Shown here in pieces: positions 11,630-20,974 of a stretch of DNA of 64,000 nucleotides; within the stretch, counting starts at the first letter, position 1, and every line of letters begins with the position of its first letter. The notes under the pieces were generated by a model. That model was not told the DNA's origin. It did not search any database and saw only the letters and a list, made by a program, of their open reading frames with translations. The DNA is from a virus (Duplodnaviria > Caudoviricetes). The position numbers and the translations under genes are program-made. Where the stretch lies: positions 32,001 through 96,000 of the IMG/VR virus record IMGVR_UViG_3300021255_002539; one strand, given 5' to 3'.

Positions 11630-13460
11630 TGTAATTCAACGGTCTTTGACTATAAGTCATATAATCATTGTGTATTGTGCCTTTGTTTGCAAACATCCAC
11701 TCCACCAATCTCTTGGTGTTGTTTGTATCCACATATGTAAACAACTTGTGCGAAAAATCGAATTTCCCGGTTGATGCATCCAACAACTCCTAAATCTTGG
11801 ACAATGCTTGTTCCTATGTCTTGCAATAGGACATGTGAACATAATCCAAATGTTCAAGATGATAGTGGTTTAACGAGGCATTCAAATCATTGATCCCAGG
11901 TATATATATGACAGATGGTTTGTCCATATATGCCATCTCAAATGAATTGGATGAGAAATCAGTTACAATCACATCACTTTCCACCAATATATCCTGAAAT
12001 GTATCGGTTTTTGGAATCTTCACCCAAGATGGTATCTTGAACCTGGATAGTTTATTGAGTAATTTGGCATGGGGAAGAAACACAATTGACACCCCAGAAT
12101 CATGCAATTGTTTCAACTTCTCACTGGCCAGGAAATTGTTGATGTCATTGAAGTATTTGGATGTTCCACCACCTCTTCGCCAATGAAATGATATAAAAAC
12201 CTGCTTTTTGCGCTCTACAGATGAACGCAAGGTGTTTTTCTCCAATAATGTGTCATGCCTGGGAAATCCAAGAAGAAGGGGTGTCAATTTTCCTTTAGAA
12301 TATCTTGTCAACACCTTGTATTCCCCCCTTGAAGTAGCCAACATATATTTCGCTTCACTTGATATTGTTCCTGAAATATAGAACGAATCGTCATATATCG
12401 TAGATGTGACTCCATGTCCCATGAATATGGTTTTATACCTGTTGCTCATCAAGGTTGTTTTGATGTCTGTGTTTGGAACATCCTTTGAAAACAGAACAAA
12501 AGTGGCGTTTTTTATGATAAACCCAATATGTTTCCCCTCAAATGGATATAGATTAAATCCTTCTGACTTCAGCCTTGTCCAATCCTTGCTTTTGTTGGAT
12601 AAAATGAATGTTGCCTTTATGTTTGGATAATCATGGGAAATGCGTTTATACAAGAACTCTCCGTTGTCTCCGGCCTTGTCGAATGAATCAAATATAACCA
12701 CATTGAACAACGAGTCTTCAAATGACTGTGGCATCACCTAATTGTATCTCAGTTCAATCTTGGGAAATGCATCTTTGTTTGATAAATATTGATGTGTCTT
12801 TCCCATTGGAAATACACTTCCCCTCTACATCATATTCCTTTTGGCATACCCATTGTGTGCGGATATCTTCTTGGATGGCAACACCCAATACCCATTTGAA
12901 ATCATCAACATTGTATATAGAAAATCGTCGTTGTATGTGTGAATAATTTCATCACATAGAATCTTGTCGTAGTTCGCAAGCATCTTTTTCTGGAAGATGG
13001 ACATTGCCGTTACATTGTTATATACAACACCGTTATACAATGGCAAATTCAAATGCCACTTTGGATTGGAACCGCCAGATATTGGAAATCTGAAATCTTC
13101 TTCTGCAAATTCGTTCAACCGAATTTCAATATAGTCGTTTGGTATCACAAAATCATCATCGACATTTAATATAATGTCCTCGTCGTCAATCAATGGCAGA
13201 ACTGGGAACACCTTCTTCATAGTCTTTGTGTTTGGACCTTCCACCCAATTTATCTTGAATGTTGGTTCAATTTTCGACAACTATACCAAATCAGAGGGTA
13301 AATCAACCTCCTTGTTCGGAAACTCAACCACTGCCAAGTTCAAGTATATGATGTCTGGCTTAACTGTGTTGTTCAATATAGACTTTACGACCTAATAGCA
13401 ATTTCCAATCCTCTTTGTCCAAGAGGTCATCGTCACCACAACCTTGTGCCCGTTAAACAT
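11610..13460 (-). CDS. Glycosyltransferase fused to TagF/TagB-like CDP-glycerol (polyol) phosphotransferase, 616 aa; TAG=Gln
   Basis: Six TAGs (13392, 13281, 12825, 12738, 11814, 11790). N-domain is paralogous to 4517-6181. C-domain AGDNGEFLY, GHG, GFPRHD, LPH, DVIVTDFSSNSFEMAYMDKP. Late motif at 13497. Confidence 0.82.
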
Positions 13461-13579
13461 GTCCTATAGTTTCCTTTGGTCTACCCAATTGTTGGTATTT
13501 ACCATTTCACATTAAAATTCAAGATTGACCAATTTCTAGATCAACCTTGGATTCTTCCAACAAAACTTGGCTTATGCCA

Positions 13580-14287
13580 TCACTTCACTGGCTTCTGCTT
13601 GACATATATCTTGCAGATGCAGGGTTCGCCAATCTTCTTGTTCTTGATGTAGTCATCGCAATGGCACTTGGTTCCCTCTCCAGCTGGTTGGCAAGGACAA
13701 TGACCATCGTTCTTGTCGATTGCGTCCAGAATCTTGTTGACCTGCTTGGTGGTCAAGGATTCGTTCAACCGAGTGACATATGCATCCTCTGGTTCAGGTG
13801 TTGGCTCTGGGGTTGGCTCTGGATCAACAGCTGGCTTCTTGGCGAACACAGTATCTATTGTGGTAATCATGTTCTTCGCCCCAGCGGCACCAGTCTTCTT
13901 GTCTCTGAGGTCGTTTCCTGTGATTGCCTTGTCAACCACAATCTTGCCCTTTGCGTCGTAGAGGGTGATTCTGAACCCAGGATACTGCTTGAGACCACCC
14001 TTCTTGAAGATCCAGTCATGGAGTGCCACCCCCTTGTCCTTGTCTCCACTGTACTGGAACACAAAGTAGACGTCCTGCTTCGCCATCCAGTTCTTGAATG
14101 TGGCAGTCATCATGCACTTCTCTGCCTGAACGCAATAGCTGCATGCATCGCCATTCGACCATACCGTGACGATGAACTTGCCTTCCTGCTTGGCCTTCTC
14201 AAGTGCCTTGTCGTAGTTCTTGTTCCACTCGCCGACCTTTGGTGTCTTTGTTGAGCGGAGTTTCACGAAATCTGACGTTGTTCCCAT
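13580..14287 (-). CDS. Thioredoxin-fold protein fused to ferredoxin-thioredoxin reductase catalytic-subunit-like domain
   Basis: WNKNYDKALEKAKQEGK...CSYC...YP thioredoxin-like part, PEPTPE linker, C-terminal HCPC...CHC...CIC triple CxC. SD AAGGAGAG before ATG 14287. Confidence 0.65.
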   Translation of the reverse strand: MGTTSDFVKLRSTKTPKVGEWNKNYDKALEKAKQEGKFIVTVWSNGDACSYCVQAEKCMMTATFKNWMAKQDVYFVFQYSGDKDKGVALHDWIFKKGGLKQYPGFRITLYDAKGKIVVDKAITGNDLRDKKTGAAGAKNMITTIDTVFAKKPAVDPEPTPEPTPEPEDAYVTRLNESLTTKQVNKILDAIDKNDGHCPCQPAGEGTKCHCDDYIKNKKIGEPCICKIYVKQKPVK

Positions 14288-14318
14288 TGTTTTCTCTCCT
14301 TGTATGTATATGTGTATA

Positions 14319-14666
14319 TCAAGCTTCGTCGGGGCAACTATCGCAACCAGCTGCTTCGTCAGCAACCTCGTCTGGATCAGAATATGCCCTGAACTTCACG
14401 CCGTTTAGGCTTTCCTTGGAGTCCTCCAGAACCTTGCTGACGAAATCAATGTGGTCTTTGGCTGTGCGGACCAAAGCATTCTTAGAAGTACTCGTCAGTC
14501 CGATTGAGTAGAGGACATCCTTGAGCATGTCCTTGGTGTCCTTGACTATGTACGCCAAATGACTGATATCGTATAACGCATAACTGCGCTCGGGCGCTGG
14601 AAGTGGATTTGCGTCTTTGTCTTTGTTGTCTTTTTCTTCCATTGTGGTATTTGTTGTCTTTTCCAT
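14319..14666 (-). CDS. Hypothetical protein
   Basis: ORF downstream of TATAAT at 14675-14680; ends GCDSCPDEA. Confidence 0.55.
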   Translation of the reverse strand: MEKTTNTTMEEKDNKDKDANPLPAPERSYALYDISHLAYIVKDTKDMLKDVLYSIGLTSTSKNALVRTAKDHIDFVSKVLEDSKESLNGVKFRAYSDPDEVADEAAGCDSCPDEA

Positions 14667-14689
14667 ATACCACAATTATACGACAGCAG

Positions 14690-14929
14690 TCATGTCAAGA
14701 CAATGGAATTCACGTCACGATTCCACTTTTTCGCATACTCGAACTGGCCACCACCAAACCCATTGCTGAATGTACCTATGCTGACATCCTCCACCTCGCC
14801 GAAGTCCTCGTAGTCCCTACTGTTGTTGATTACCACCTTGAGGTCATCTGGGTATGAATCCAATATCGCCTTTAGTTCGCGTACAGTCATCACTTGATCC
14901 TTCCGAGTTGTTGTATCTCTCTCCATCAC
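14690..14929 (-). CDS. Small phage protein (MTVRELKAILDSYPDD type)
   Basis: Common small phage protein motif; tightly packed early block. Confidence 0.6.
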   Translation of the reverse strand: MMERDTTTRKDQVMTVRELKAILDSYPDDLKVVINNSRDYEDFGEVEDVSIGTFSNGFGGGQFEYAKKWNRDVNSIVLT

Positions 14930-15405
14930 ATGTCCATAGGCGGAATGCTATTGGCGACTTCCTCCGGGATGGCAATCGTCCCCACGGAAGTCACATGCGT
15001 TGGAAGGGAAATCTTGACCATCTTGCCTTTGTGACCACTCTTCCTACAGAACTTCGAATGCTTAAGGTTGTACAGAACATTGTCAATCGCGTCTATTGAC
15101 TCACCGTCCACAAGGTACTCGAAATCCCAGAGTCTGAACAGAATAGATGTATCCCAATCTGGGATTGACCTTGTTTCTGTCCGTATTGAACCATCGCTTT
15201 CGACAATCTTCACAGGAATTGTCTCGTAAAGCTCATGGTTGCCATCTGCTTTCTCTGCCAGTTTCAACCCTCTTTTGGCAAGTGTCTTGAGCCTCTTCAA
15301 CAAGGGCTTCATCTGGGCGTAGATGTCGTTTCCCTCCTTCTGAAGGGCATCGTACTTTTCCTTGAATTGCTCAACTGTCATATTTGTTTTCTCCTCTTTG
15401 ATCAA
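14926..15405 (-). CDS. Hypothetical early protein
   Basis: ORF with 4-nt overlaps to neighbours; no TAG. Confidence 0.6.
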   Translation of the reverse strand: MIKEEKTNMTVEQFKEKYDALQKEGNDIYAQMKPLLKRLKTLAKRGLKLAEKADGNHELYETIPVKIVESDGSIRTETRSIPDWDTSILFRLWDFEYLVDGESIDAIDNVLYNLKHSKFCRKSGHKGKMVKISLPTHVTSVGTIAIPEEVANSIPPMDM

Positions 15406-15605
15406 TCGTCTCGACAGAGCACATCGTATACATTCTGCATCTGGGGACTGTTGAACTGGCCATCGAATGTGCCGAAGTAGTATCTCATTCTGTCCTTGGC
15501 TTCCTGGATTGTCGCCTTGAGCTTGTTGATTTCGTCAAGCAACCTTTTGTGTTCGCAAATCTCATTTCCCCGACAATCGCAATCTCTGCATTCACATTCC
15601 ATCAC
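15402..15605 (-). CDS. Small Cys-rich hypothetical protein
   Basis: CECRDCDCRG; overlapping start/stop with neighbours. Confidence 0.5.
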   Translation of the reverse strand: MMECECRDCDCRGNEICEHKRLLDEINKLKATIQEAKDRMRYYFGTFDGQFNSPQMQNVYDVLCRDD

Positions 15606-15946
15606 TTCAGTCCCTTCAATTCCTCGTGGATTCTGTTCCTCAAATTCTCGTCGGGTATCTCCTTCAACATCATGGCAATCCTGGCTGCAGCGGACAGATG
15701 TTGGGTAAGCCTATTGGAATAGTCCTTCAGCTTCTCGCTCAACGCCATTCTCACTTCGTCGGCAGATGTGACCAAATCAACAGATGGGTATATGATGAAC
15801 TGACCCATCGTCCAATCAAATCCCACATCCAGCCTTTCAACTGGGACGGTGGTGTTGCAGGACAATTGCCACTTGTCGTGCTTCCTGACCACAAGTTCGC
15901 AATCCTCGTGCCCCTTCGCCCTCTCTATGAACTCGCCTACTGTCAT
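15602..15946 (-). CDS. Hypothetical early protein
   Basis: MTVGEFIER start with SD GGAG; ATGA overlap. Confidence 0.6.
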   Translation of the reverse strand: MTVGEFIERAKGHEDCELVVRKHDKWQLSCNTTVPVERLDVGFDWTMGQFIIYPSVDLVTSADEVRMALSEKLKDYSNRLTQHLSAAARIAMMLKEIPDENLRNRIHEELKGLK

Positions 15947-16149
15947 GACAACTCCCTTCCATCGAATGTGACATACTTCATCTGAGTCCATCTCTGCGCA
16001 TATTTCTTGTCACACTCGACAAAGTGCTTGTTCATGTACTTCTCCACATCGTCGTATGTGTAGCCCAGAAACCCAATGTTGAGTCCCAGGCTTCTGTCTT
16101 CGTTCATGAGAAGCACTTGGCAATACGGAACTCCCTTGTATGTCTCCAC
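15943..16149 (-). CDS. Hypothetical early protein
   Basis: GTG start after GAGGGGG; fills gap in operon. Confidence 0.45.
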   Translation of the reverse strand: METYKGVPYCQVLLMNEDRSLGLNIGFLGYTYDDVEKYMNKHFVECDKKYAQRWTQMKYVTFDGRELS

Positions 16150-16160
16150 AATAGACCCCC

Positions 16161-16451
16161 TCAAATCCGGTTGAACGCCCGAATCACAATCCTCTGCTTG
16201 TACTTGTCCAGCCATTCCTTGCCCTGTTCTGGGATATCGTTGTAGATGTTCTCCGCAAGCACATCAATCAAGGTGTCAGGGTCGAAATTGCCCTTGAGGG
16301 TCAGGATTCTACTGCCCTCGATGCTGCAATCTGGCAAGTCGGCACCGAAATTCACGAACCAATTGCCGGTGAGGTTGATGCTGTTGCTGGTCTGATGTTC
16401 TGAGCCAGCAAGGTAGATTCCATTCGGTTTGCTGTTTTCTGTTTCTTCCAT
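16161..16451 (-). CDS. Hypothetical early protein
   Basis: SD AAGGAG before ATG 16451. Confidence 0.55.
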   Translation of the reverse strand: MEETENSKPNGIYLAGSEHQTSNSINLTGNWFVNFGADLPDCSIEGSRILTLKGNFDPDTLIDVLAENIYNDIPEQGKEWLDKYKQRIVIRAFNRI

Positions 16452-16468
16452 GTTGTATGTCTCCTTTG

Positions 16469-16711
16469 TCACATGTATTGTTCCAAGAGACGCTTGACCT
16501 TCGCCATCATTTCCCTGCCCTTGGTCTCCGCTTGCCACCGTTCCTTGCATTTGCCACGAATTACAAACGACATGTCCTTGAATATCAGTCCCGAGGTGAA
16601 GATGTCAATGGACAGATTGTTAAAACTGCAGAATGCCCGAAGATTGGATTCGATTGAACCCATGATCCAAAAGGGCGCGGAAACCATGTTTGTTATCTTG
16701 TATGTGTACAT
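16469..16711 (-). CDS. Hypothetical early protein
   Basis: SD GAGGAG, directly downstream of early promoter. Confidence 0.6.
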   Translation of the reverse strand: MYTYKITNMVSAPFWIMGSIESNLRAFCSFNNLSIDIFTSGLIFKDMSFVIRGKCKERWQAETKGREMMAKVKRLLEQYM

Positions 16712-16728
16712 TGGCGTGTCTCCTCTAT

Positions 16729-16757
16729 ATTATACCACTTTGATTTGTGTCAGTAAA
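16729..16757 (-). promoter_or_regulatory. Early sigma70-type promoter
   Basis: TTTACT-17-TATAAT. Confidence 0.7.
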
Positions 16758-17040
16758 CCCCATCCAATATCATCTCGAATGCAGTCTTGGGGTAGTGGAA
16801 CCAGAACTTCTCGAAGTCGTCATCCTCAAGCATAACGGCAACCATGTCAGACTTCGGTCGAATCCTCAGCTTGCTCCCATCGCACCAACCAATGCAGCGC
16901 TTCTTGATTTCCCTCGCCATCACCTTGTTGTCTATACTGCTTCGGAAGTCAAGGTCAAGCCGACCACCATAGTCGTACTCGTACCTCTCCCAGGTAAAGT
17001 CGATTGGAGACAACTCCTCTATGTCAAGTTTCTTTTCCAT
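16750..17040 (-). CDS. Hypothetical early protein
   Basis: SD GGAGGTG before MEKKLD. Confidence 0.6.
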   Translation of the reverse strand: MEKKLDIEELSPIDFTWERYEYDYGGRLDLDFRSSIDNKVMAREIKKRCIGWCDGSKLRIRPKSDMVAVMLEDDDFEKFWFHYPKTAFEMILDGVY

Positions 17041-17041
17041 T

Positions 17042-17263
17042 TCACCTCCTGAGGCGGTCGTATTCAATTGCGTACTGCATGTACTTGTTGATTGCGTTGT
17101 CAAGCTCTTCCCACCACTTGTCTTCAAGCTCAGGCTCTGTCTCATTCCTGATCTTGATAACTGCCCTATCAATGTCATTCTTAAGCTTGCCACCAGGAGC
17201 AAGCAGTTCCTCAAGTTCCTCTTCCCGAGTCTTGAATCCATCTACTATTGTTTCCATGCCCAT
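17042..17263 (-). CDS. Hypothetical early protein
   Basis: ORF directly after early promoter. Confidence 0.55.
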   Translation of the reverse strand: MGMETIVDGFKTREEELEELLAPGGKLKNDIDRAVIKIRNETEPELEDKWWEELDNAINKYMQYAIEYDRLRR

Positions 17264-17303
17264 GTCGGTTCCCCTTTGGTTGGTTTCCCCCCACAACACC
17301 TAT

Positions 17304-17332
17304 ATTATAGCATATCCTGCGTCAGAAGTCAA
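17304..17332 (-). promoter_or_regulatory. Early sigma70-type promoter
   Basis: TTGACT-17-TATAAT with extended -10 TG. Confidence 0.75.
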
Positions 17333-17409
17333 TACTCCCCTTTAGACAAAGAATTGACCCGGAACCATATGATTCCGAGCCGCATTATCCCCATGATTAA
17401 TGGGCAATA

Positions 17410-18552
17410 TCAATCAATTGGTGTTGTTTTCTCGCAACTCCAATCTGTTGTGTCGCAAGCATCCCCAAATGCAGGATGTGGCTCAAATTCGCTCTCTGTA
17501 CCCTCGATGGGCGAAATCAACGCTATGCCTTGCGAGGCCAACCGGTCAATGAAATCGTCCACCAACTTGATGTCCTCGTCTGTGAGATTGTCAGGTACAT
17601 CTCCATACATTATGTAGGTAGTTGCCCAATTGGGGATCTTTTCGACAACATCATCTTCGCCCTGTCCTGGGTTTCCACCCCTCTGCTCCCAGAACTCGTC
17701 CTCGTTCACAATCACGAAGTCATCTGTTCCAAAGTCCAGGTCAGGATACTCCTTGCCAATCATCCTGCACACTTCGTCCACCAACCGATCATGGGTATCT
17801 GCCCTGTCATAATCGATGAGATATGTAGAACCATCGCCCTTGAAGATGCCAAAGTCCTCGTATTCGTCAGTATCCCACATTATCTCGACCTCGCCCTCAG
17901 AATCTGACAAATCGCGTGGATTGTCATCCATACTCTCGTCGTATACCATATCATCCAGGTCTGCCCTGTACTGCTCTATGGCAGCTTGGTCATAGTCCTT
18001 GTTCCCAATTCTGATGTGGTCAATCTCGGGCAAATCCCCCTCTGGCTCACTGTCCTGCATTCCATCCAGGACATATAGTGCCTCAATGAGACTGTGAACT
18101 TGGCTTATTACATGGGGCTGGATGCGACTATCCTTCCAATAGACAATTGCAGAATCAATCTGGTTGCCCTCAGTGAAGTTGCCCCTGATAGGTCTGCATG
18201 TCTGGGTCTTGTATACCTCGTCGTCCTCGCCCTTGGTTTGAAGTCCATTCCACTTCACTGCGAATTCCTTGAACTCGTCACCATGTGCGTCCAAAAACAC
18301 CTCGTTGATGAGGTCTGGGTTTTTCAAGACTTCCCATATATCCAAATCATTCTCATGCAACAGTTTGTCGGTTGCATATCTGGCAAGTTTGGGTTCATAA
18401 TAGTAGATTTCTCCATTGGCATCGTCAACAATGCACTCCATATGGAAAACTTCGTCACTGCCAGGGAACTTGATTTCAGTTCTATCACAGCTAACTACAA
18501 CATCCCCTATGTAGTCGGGACCTAATGTGGATTCTGAAACTACGACTTTCAT
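17410..18552 (-). CDS. Acidic multidomain late protein (possible internal head protein)
   Basis: Late motif at 18585; N-terminus MKVVVSES; very acidic. Confidence 0.7.
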   Translation of the reverse strand: MKVVVSESTLGPDYIGDVVVSCDRTEIKFPGSDEVFHMECIVDDANGEIYYYEPKLARYATDKLLHENDLDIWEVLKNPDLINEVFLDAHGDEFKEFAVKWNGLQTKGEDDEVYKTQTCRPIRGNFTEGNQIDSAIVYWKDSRIQPHVISQVHSLIEALYVLDGMQDSEPEGDLPEIDHIRIGNKDYDQAAIEQYRADLDDMVYDESMDDNPRDLSDSEGEVEIMWDTDEYEDFGIFKGDGSTYLIDYDRADTHDRLVDEVCRMIGKEYPDLDFGTDDFVIVNEDEFWEQRGGNPGQGEDDVVEKIPNWATTYIMYGDVPDNLTDEDIKLVDDFIDRLASQGIALISPIEGTESEFEPHPAFGDACDTTDWSCEKTTPID

Positions 18553-18560
18553 GTTAACAC

Positions 18561-18594
18561 ACCTATATTGGATTTCAATATAGGTATTTACAAT
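18561..18594 (-). promoter_or_regulatory. Late promoter overlapping an RBS-sequestering hairpin
   Basis: ATTGTAAATA overlapping the perfect 10-bp stem ACCTATATTG-AAATC-CAATATAGGT, which covers an AGGTG SD-like sequence. Confidence 0.6.
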
Positions 18595-18600
18595 CTAAAG

Positions 18601-19425
18601 TCAGAAATTCGGAATATCCACATTCATCTGAGCCAATGCCTCCTGCCGCTTCCTCCAATCCACTAGAATCTTGTCCTTGAAGGGAAGGAACTTGTTGTCG
18701 ATTTCGTGGAACTTGCAGCCAGTCTCTGCGTGGAAGTGGCAAATGAACTTGCGGAACTTGGCGTCTGGCTCCACATACCCACCTTCCTTGAGGATATGCT
18801 CGTACATCGTGAGCTGAAGTCCATACAGGTTCAACTCGCAATCTTCAAGGTCGTCAATTGGGGACAGGAAGGTGTCGCCCCACTCGTTGTCAGTGCGAAT
18901 CTTCTTGTTGGTCTTCCAATCGACCAGGATGTACTCGTTGGGGTGGTCTTTGCTTCGTCCAATGAGGTCAATCGTGCCAGCGACATTGATGACAGGGTCG
19001 AACACAATCTTCTCAGACTCGTAGTCGTAGGGGCGTTCCTTGAGCTTGTTGCAGACAGTGGAGATCTGCTTGAACACGACCTGTTGTTCTGGGGAGAAAG
19101 TCGAATCGTCCACGAACTCGCCATTGAAGATGCGCTCTGCGACACTGTGCATCTTCGTTCCATGCTTGCAGGCGGTCTTGTTGATCTTCGCCCACCTGTC
19201 CTTGATTTCCTGCTGAGTGACGCCCTCCTTCTTGGCACAGAGCGCAGACATGCCCTCCAAGTCAAAGGGCTTCTGGTACTTGTGGATGAGGGTGGTCACG
19301 CTGATTGGCTTGTACTTGAGCTGTTGATCCTTGTCGAACACCCTGTACACATGTCCCTTGTTCTCGAAGCAAACCTCCAGTCCATTATGCTTCACGATTG
19401 ACTTCTTTTCGCTGCTTACTGCCAT
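18601..19425 (-). CDS. PD-(D/E)xK exonuclease
   Basis: ISVTTLI, GTKMHSVAE, ESEKIV, VAGTIDL, LVDWKTNK and YGLQLTMY motifs. Confidence 0.85.
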   Translation of the reverse strand: MAVSSEKKSIVKHNGLEVCFENKGHVYRVFDKDQQLKYKPISVTTLIHKYQKPFDLEGMSALCAKKEGVTQQEIKDRWAKINKTACKHGTKMHSVAERIFNGEFVDDSTFSPEQQVVFKQISTVCNKLKERPYDYESEKIVFDPVINVAGTIDLIGRSKDHPNEYILVDWKTNKKIRTDNEWGDTFLSPIDDLEDCELNLYGLQLTMYEHILKEGGYVEPDAKFRKFICHFHAETGCKFHEIDNKFLPFKDKILVDWRKRQEALAQMNVDIPNF

Positions 19426-19465
19426 ATACGACAACCTTCTTTCTTGATTTGGTTTGATACATCAT

Positions 19466-19494
19466 ATTATACATGTTTGTGGTTGTCATGTAAA
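19466..19494 (-). promoter_or_regulatory. Early sigma70-type promoter
   Basis: TTTACA-17-TATAAT. Confidence 0.7.
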
Positions 19495-20973
19495 CACACC
19501 AATCCCCTTGAGGAATTCAAGTGCTGCATTCTTGCCCTCGATTTCCTTCCTTTGGGTCTCGTCCAATTCTGCAAGTCGTTCCTTGTGGTATTCGATGCCA
19601 TTCTGCCTATTCCCAATTAGCCTGTCGTGGCAGCCAAGTTCGTTCAGGAAATTGACGACATCTTCCATCAACTTGAAGACTGAGCAGGAGGTCTTGAAGT
19701 CCCGTATTCTATCCTTGAAGATATACGCAGTGGCAAGGTGATCCCCAATTCCACCACACCACTCGGATCCAATGAACCCCCTTAAGCCAGATAGCCATGT
19801 GAATTCCTCCCCAGGTGGAGTATGTGTCGATATCCTCTCGGTGTCGTAATCCCCCTTGAAATACAACCTGCCACCAATCTCCACCAACTTGAATTCCAGC
19901 AGCCTGCCGTCCTTGATGTATCTATGGGCATTGGACATGAAGCCACGCAGCCACTTTGGGTCAAGCGGCTGGGCAAACCCCTGGTCAGTATACTCGCATA
20001 CCTCGAACATGAATATGCCCTTCCTGGACTTGTACACATTGATGACGAACCTGGTGGAGCAACCCTTGATTTCCCATCCAAGCGACGAGGTGAAGAAGCT
20101 GCTGGACGAAAACCCCCTCAACTTGGGTCTGGACACTTCATATGCCCTGGAAAAGTGTTCGTTTGACTCTTGCTTCTCTGCATCCAACTCAATCCCATAT
20201 TGCTCAGAAAGCTTGTTCATGGCGTCTGCTGCCTTTTGGGAGGTCTCAGCGAACTGGTTCTCGAGATCCTGAATCATCGCAATGTCGGTTTCAATTCCCT
20301 TTTTGTACTGTTGCCTTTGATTATCGTAGTAGTTGGAATCCTCGTGCAGAACCACAGAGTGGTATTCGTCCAGTTTCTCCAACGCCTGGGTGGTGGTGTC
20401 GAGGTCAGGCAACTGCTTCGGGTACATGGACATCAACCCCAGTTCCCTGGCGAAATTGTACATGATGGCGTGGATTGGCGAAAAGCACGACATCGAGATC
20501 GCATCCATTCCACCGAAATAGTTATCGACATGCACATTCAGAACTGGCAGACCATCGTACATTCCAATGTCCATGGACAACACCTTGGCGTTGTTGCAAC
20601 ACTTGTTGTTCGGCCGAACAACAACATTGTTGTTATCCACCAACATCTTCTGAAGAACTTCCGCAAGTATGAACTGTTGATCCAGTTTCTCTGGAGCATT
20701 GTCGTAGAAGGGGGTTTCATGTTCGTGATAACACTCGTACACCCCATACTTGATAACGAACTTGTAGACGACATCGTGTTGGTTGTTCTTGCACTCGTCG
20801 TATGTTGGCGAATACGACGCCACCAAGTACAGTATCTCCTTTGTGACATGCTTGCCATCCACCAGAAGATAGGGGAACAGTACTGACCTTTCGGTTATCC
20901 AACAACGCCTCGTGTATCCAGGTATTGTTGGCACACCTGGCATCTTGTCCTTCGCAATCACATTCCAGCGCAT
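19486..20973 (-). CDS. Hypothetical protein, two copies of a paralogous domain
   Basis: TIPGY motif, DAMNKLSEQYGIEL, EIGGRLYF; similar to the two neighbouring genes. Confidence 0.7.
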   Translation of the reverse strand: MRWNVIAKDKMPGVPTIPGYTRRCWITERSVLFPYLLVDGKHVTKEILYLVASYSPTYDECKNNQHDVVYKFVIKYGVYECYHEHETPFYDNAPEKLDQQFILAEVLQKMLVDNNNVVVRPNNKCCNNAKVLSMDIGMYDGLPVLNVHVDNYFGGMDAISMSCFSPIHAIMYNFARELGLMSMYPKQLPDLDTTTQALEKLDEYHSVVLHEDSNYYDNQRQQYKKGIETDIAMIQDLENQFAETSQKAADAMNKLSEQYGIELDAEKQESNEHFSRAYEVSRPKLRGFSSSSFFTSSLGWEIKGCSTRFVINVYKSRKGIFMFEVCEYTDQGFAQPLDPKWLRGFMSNAHRYIKDGRLLEFKLVEIGGRLYFKGDYDTERISTHTPPGEEFTWLSGLRGFIGSEWCGGIGDHLATAYIFKDRIRDFKTSCSVFKLMEDVVNFLNELGCHDRLIGNRQNGIEYHKERLAELDETQRKEIEGKNAALEFLKGIGVFT

Positions 20974-20974
20974 G

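Noticed and set aside
6974-13460. Reading the fragmented glycosyltransferase region as pseudogenes
   Set aside because: Every interruption is TAG, there are no frameshifts or internal TAA/TGA, and catalytic motifs are intact.
18601-19425. Cas4/CRISPR association of the PD-(D/E)xK nuclease
   Set aside because: No repeat-spacer array and no four-Cys Fe-S pattern; it fits a generic phage exonuclease.
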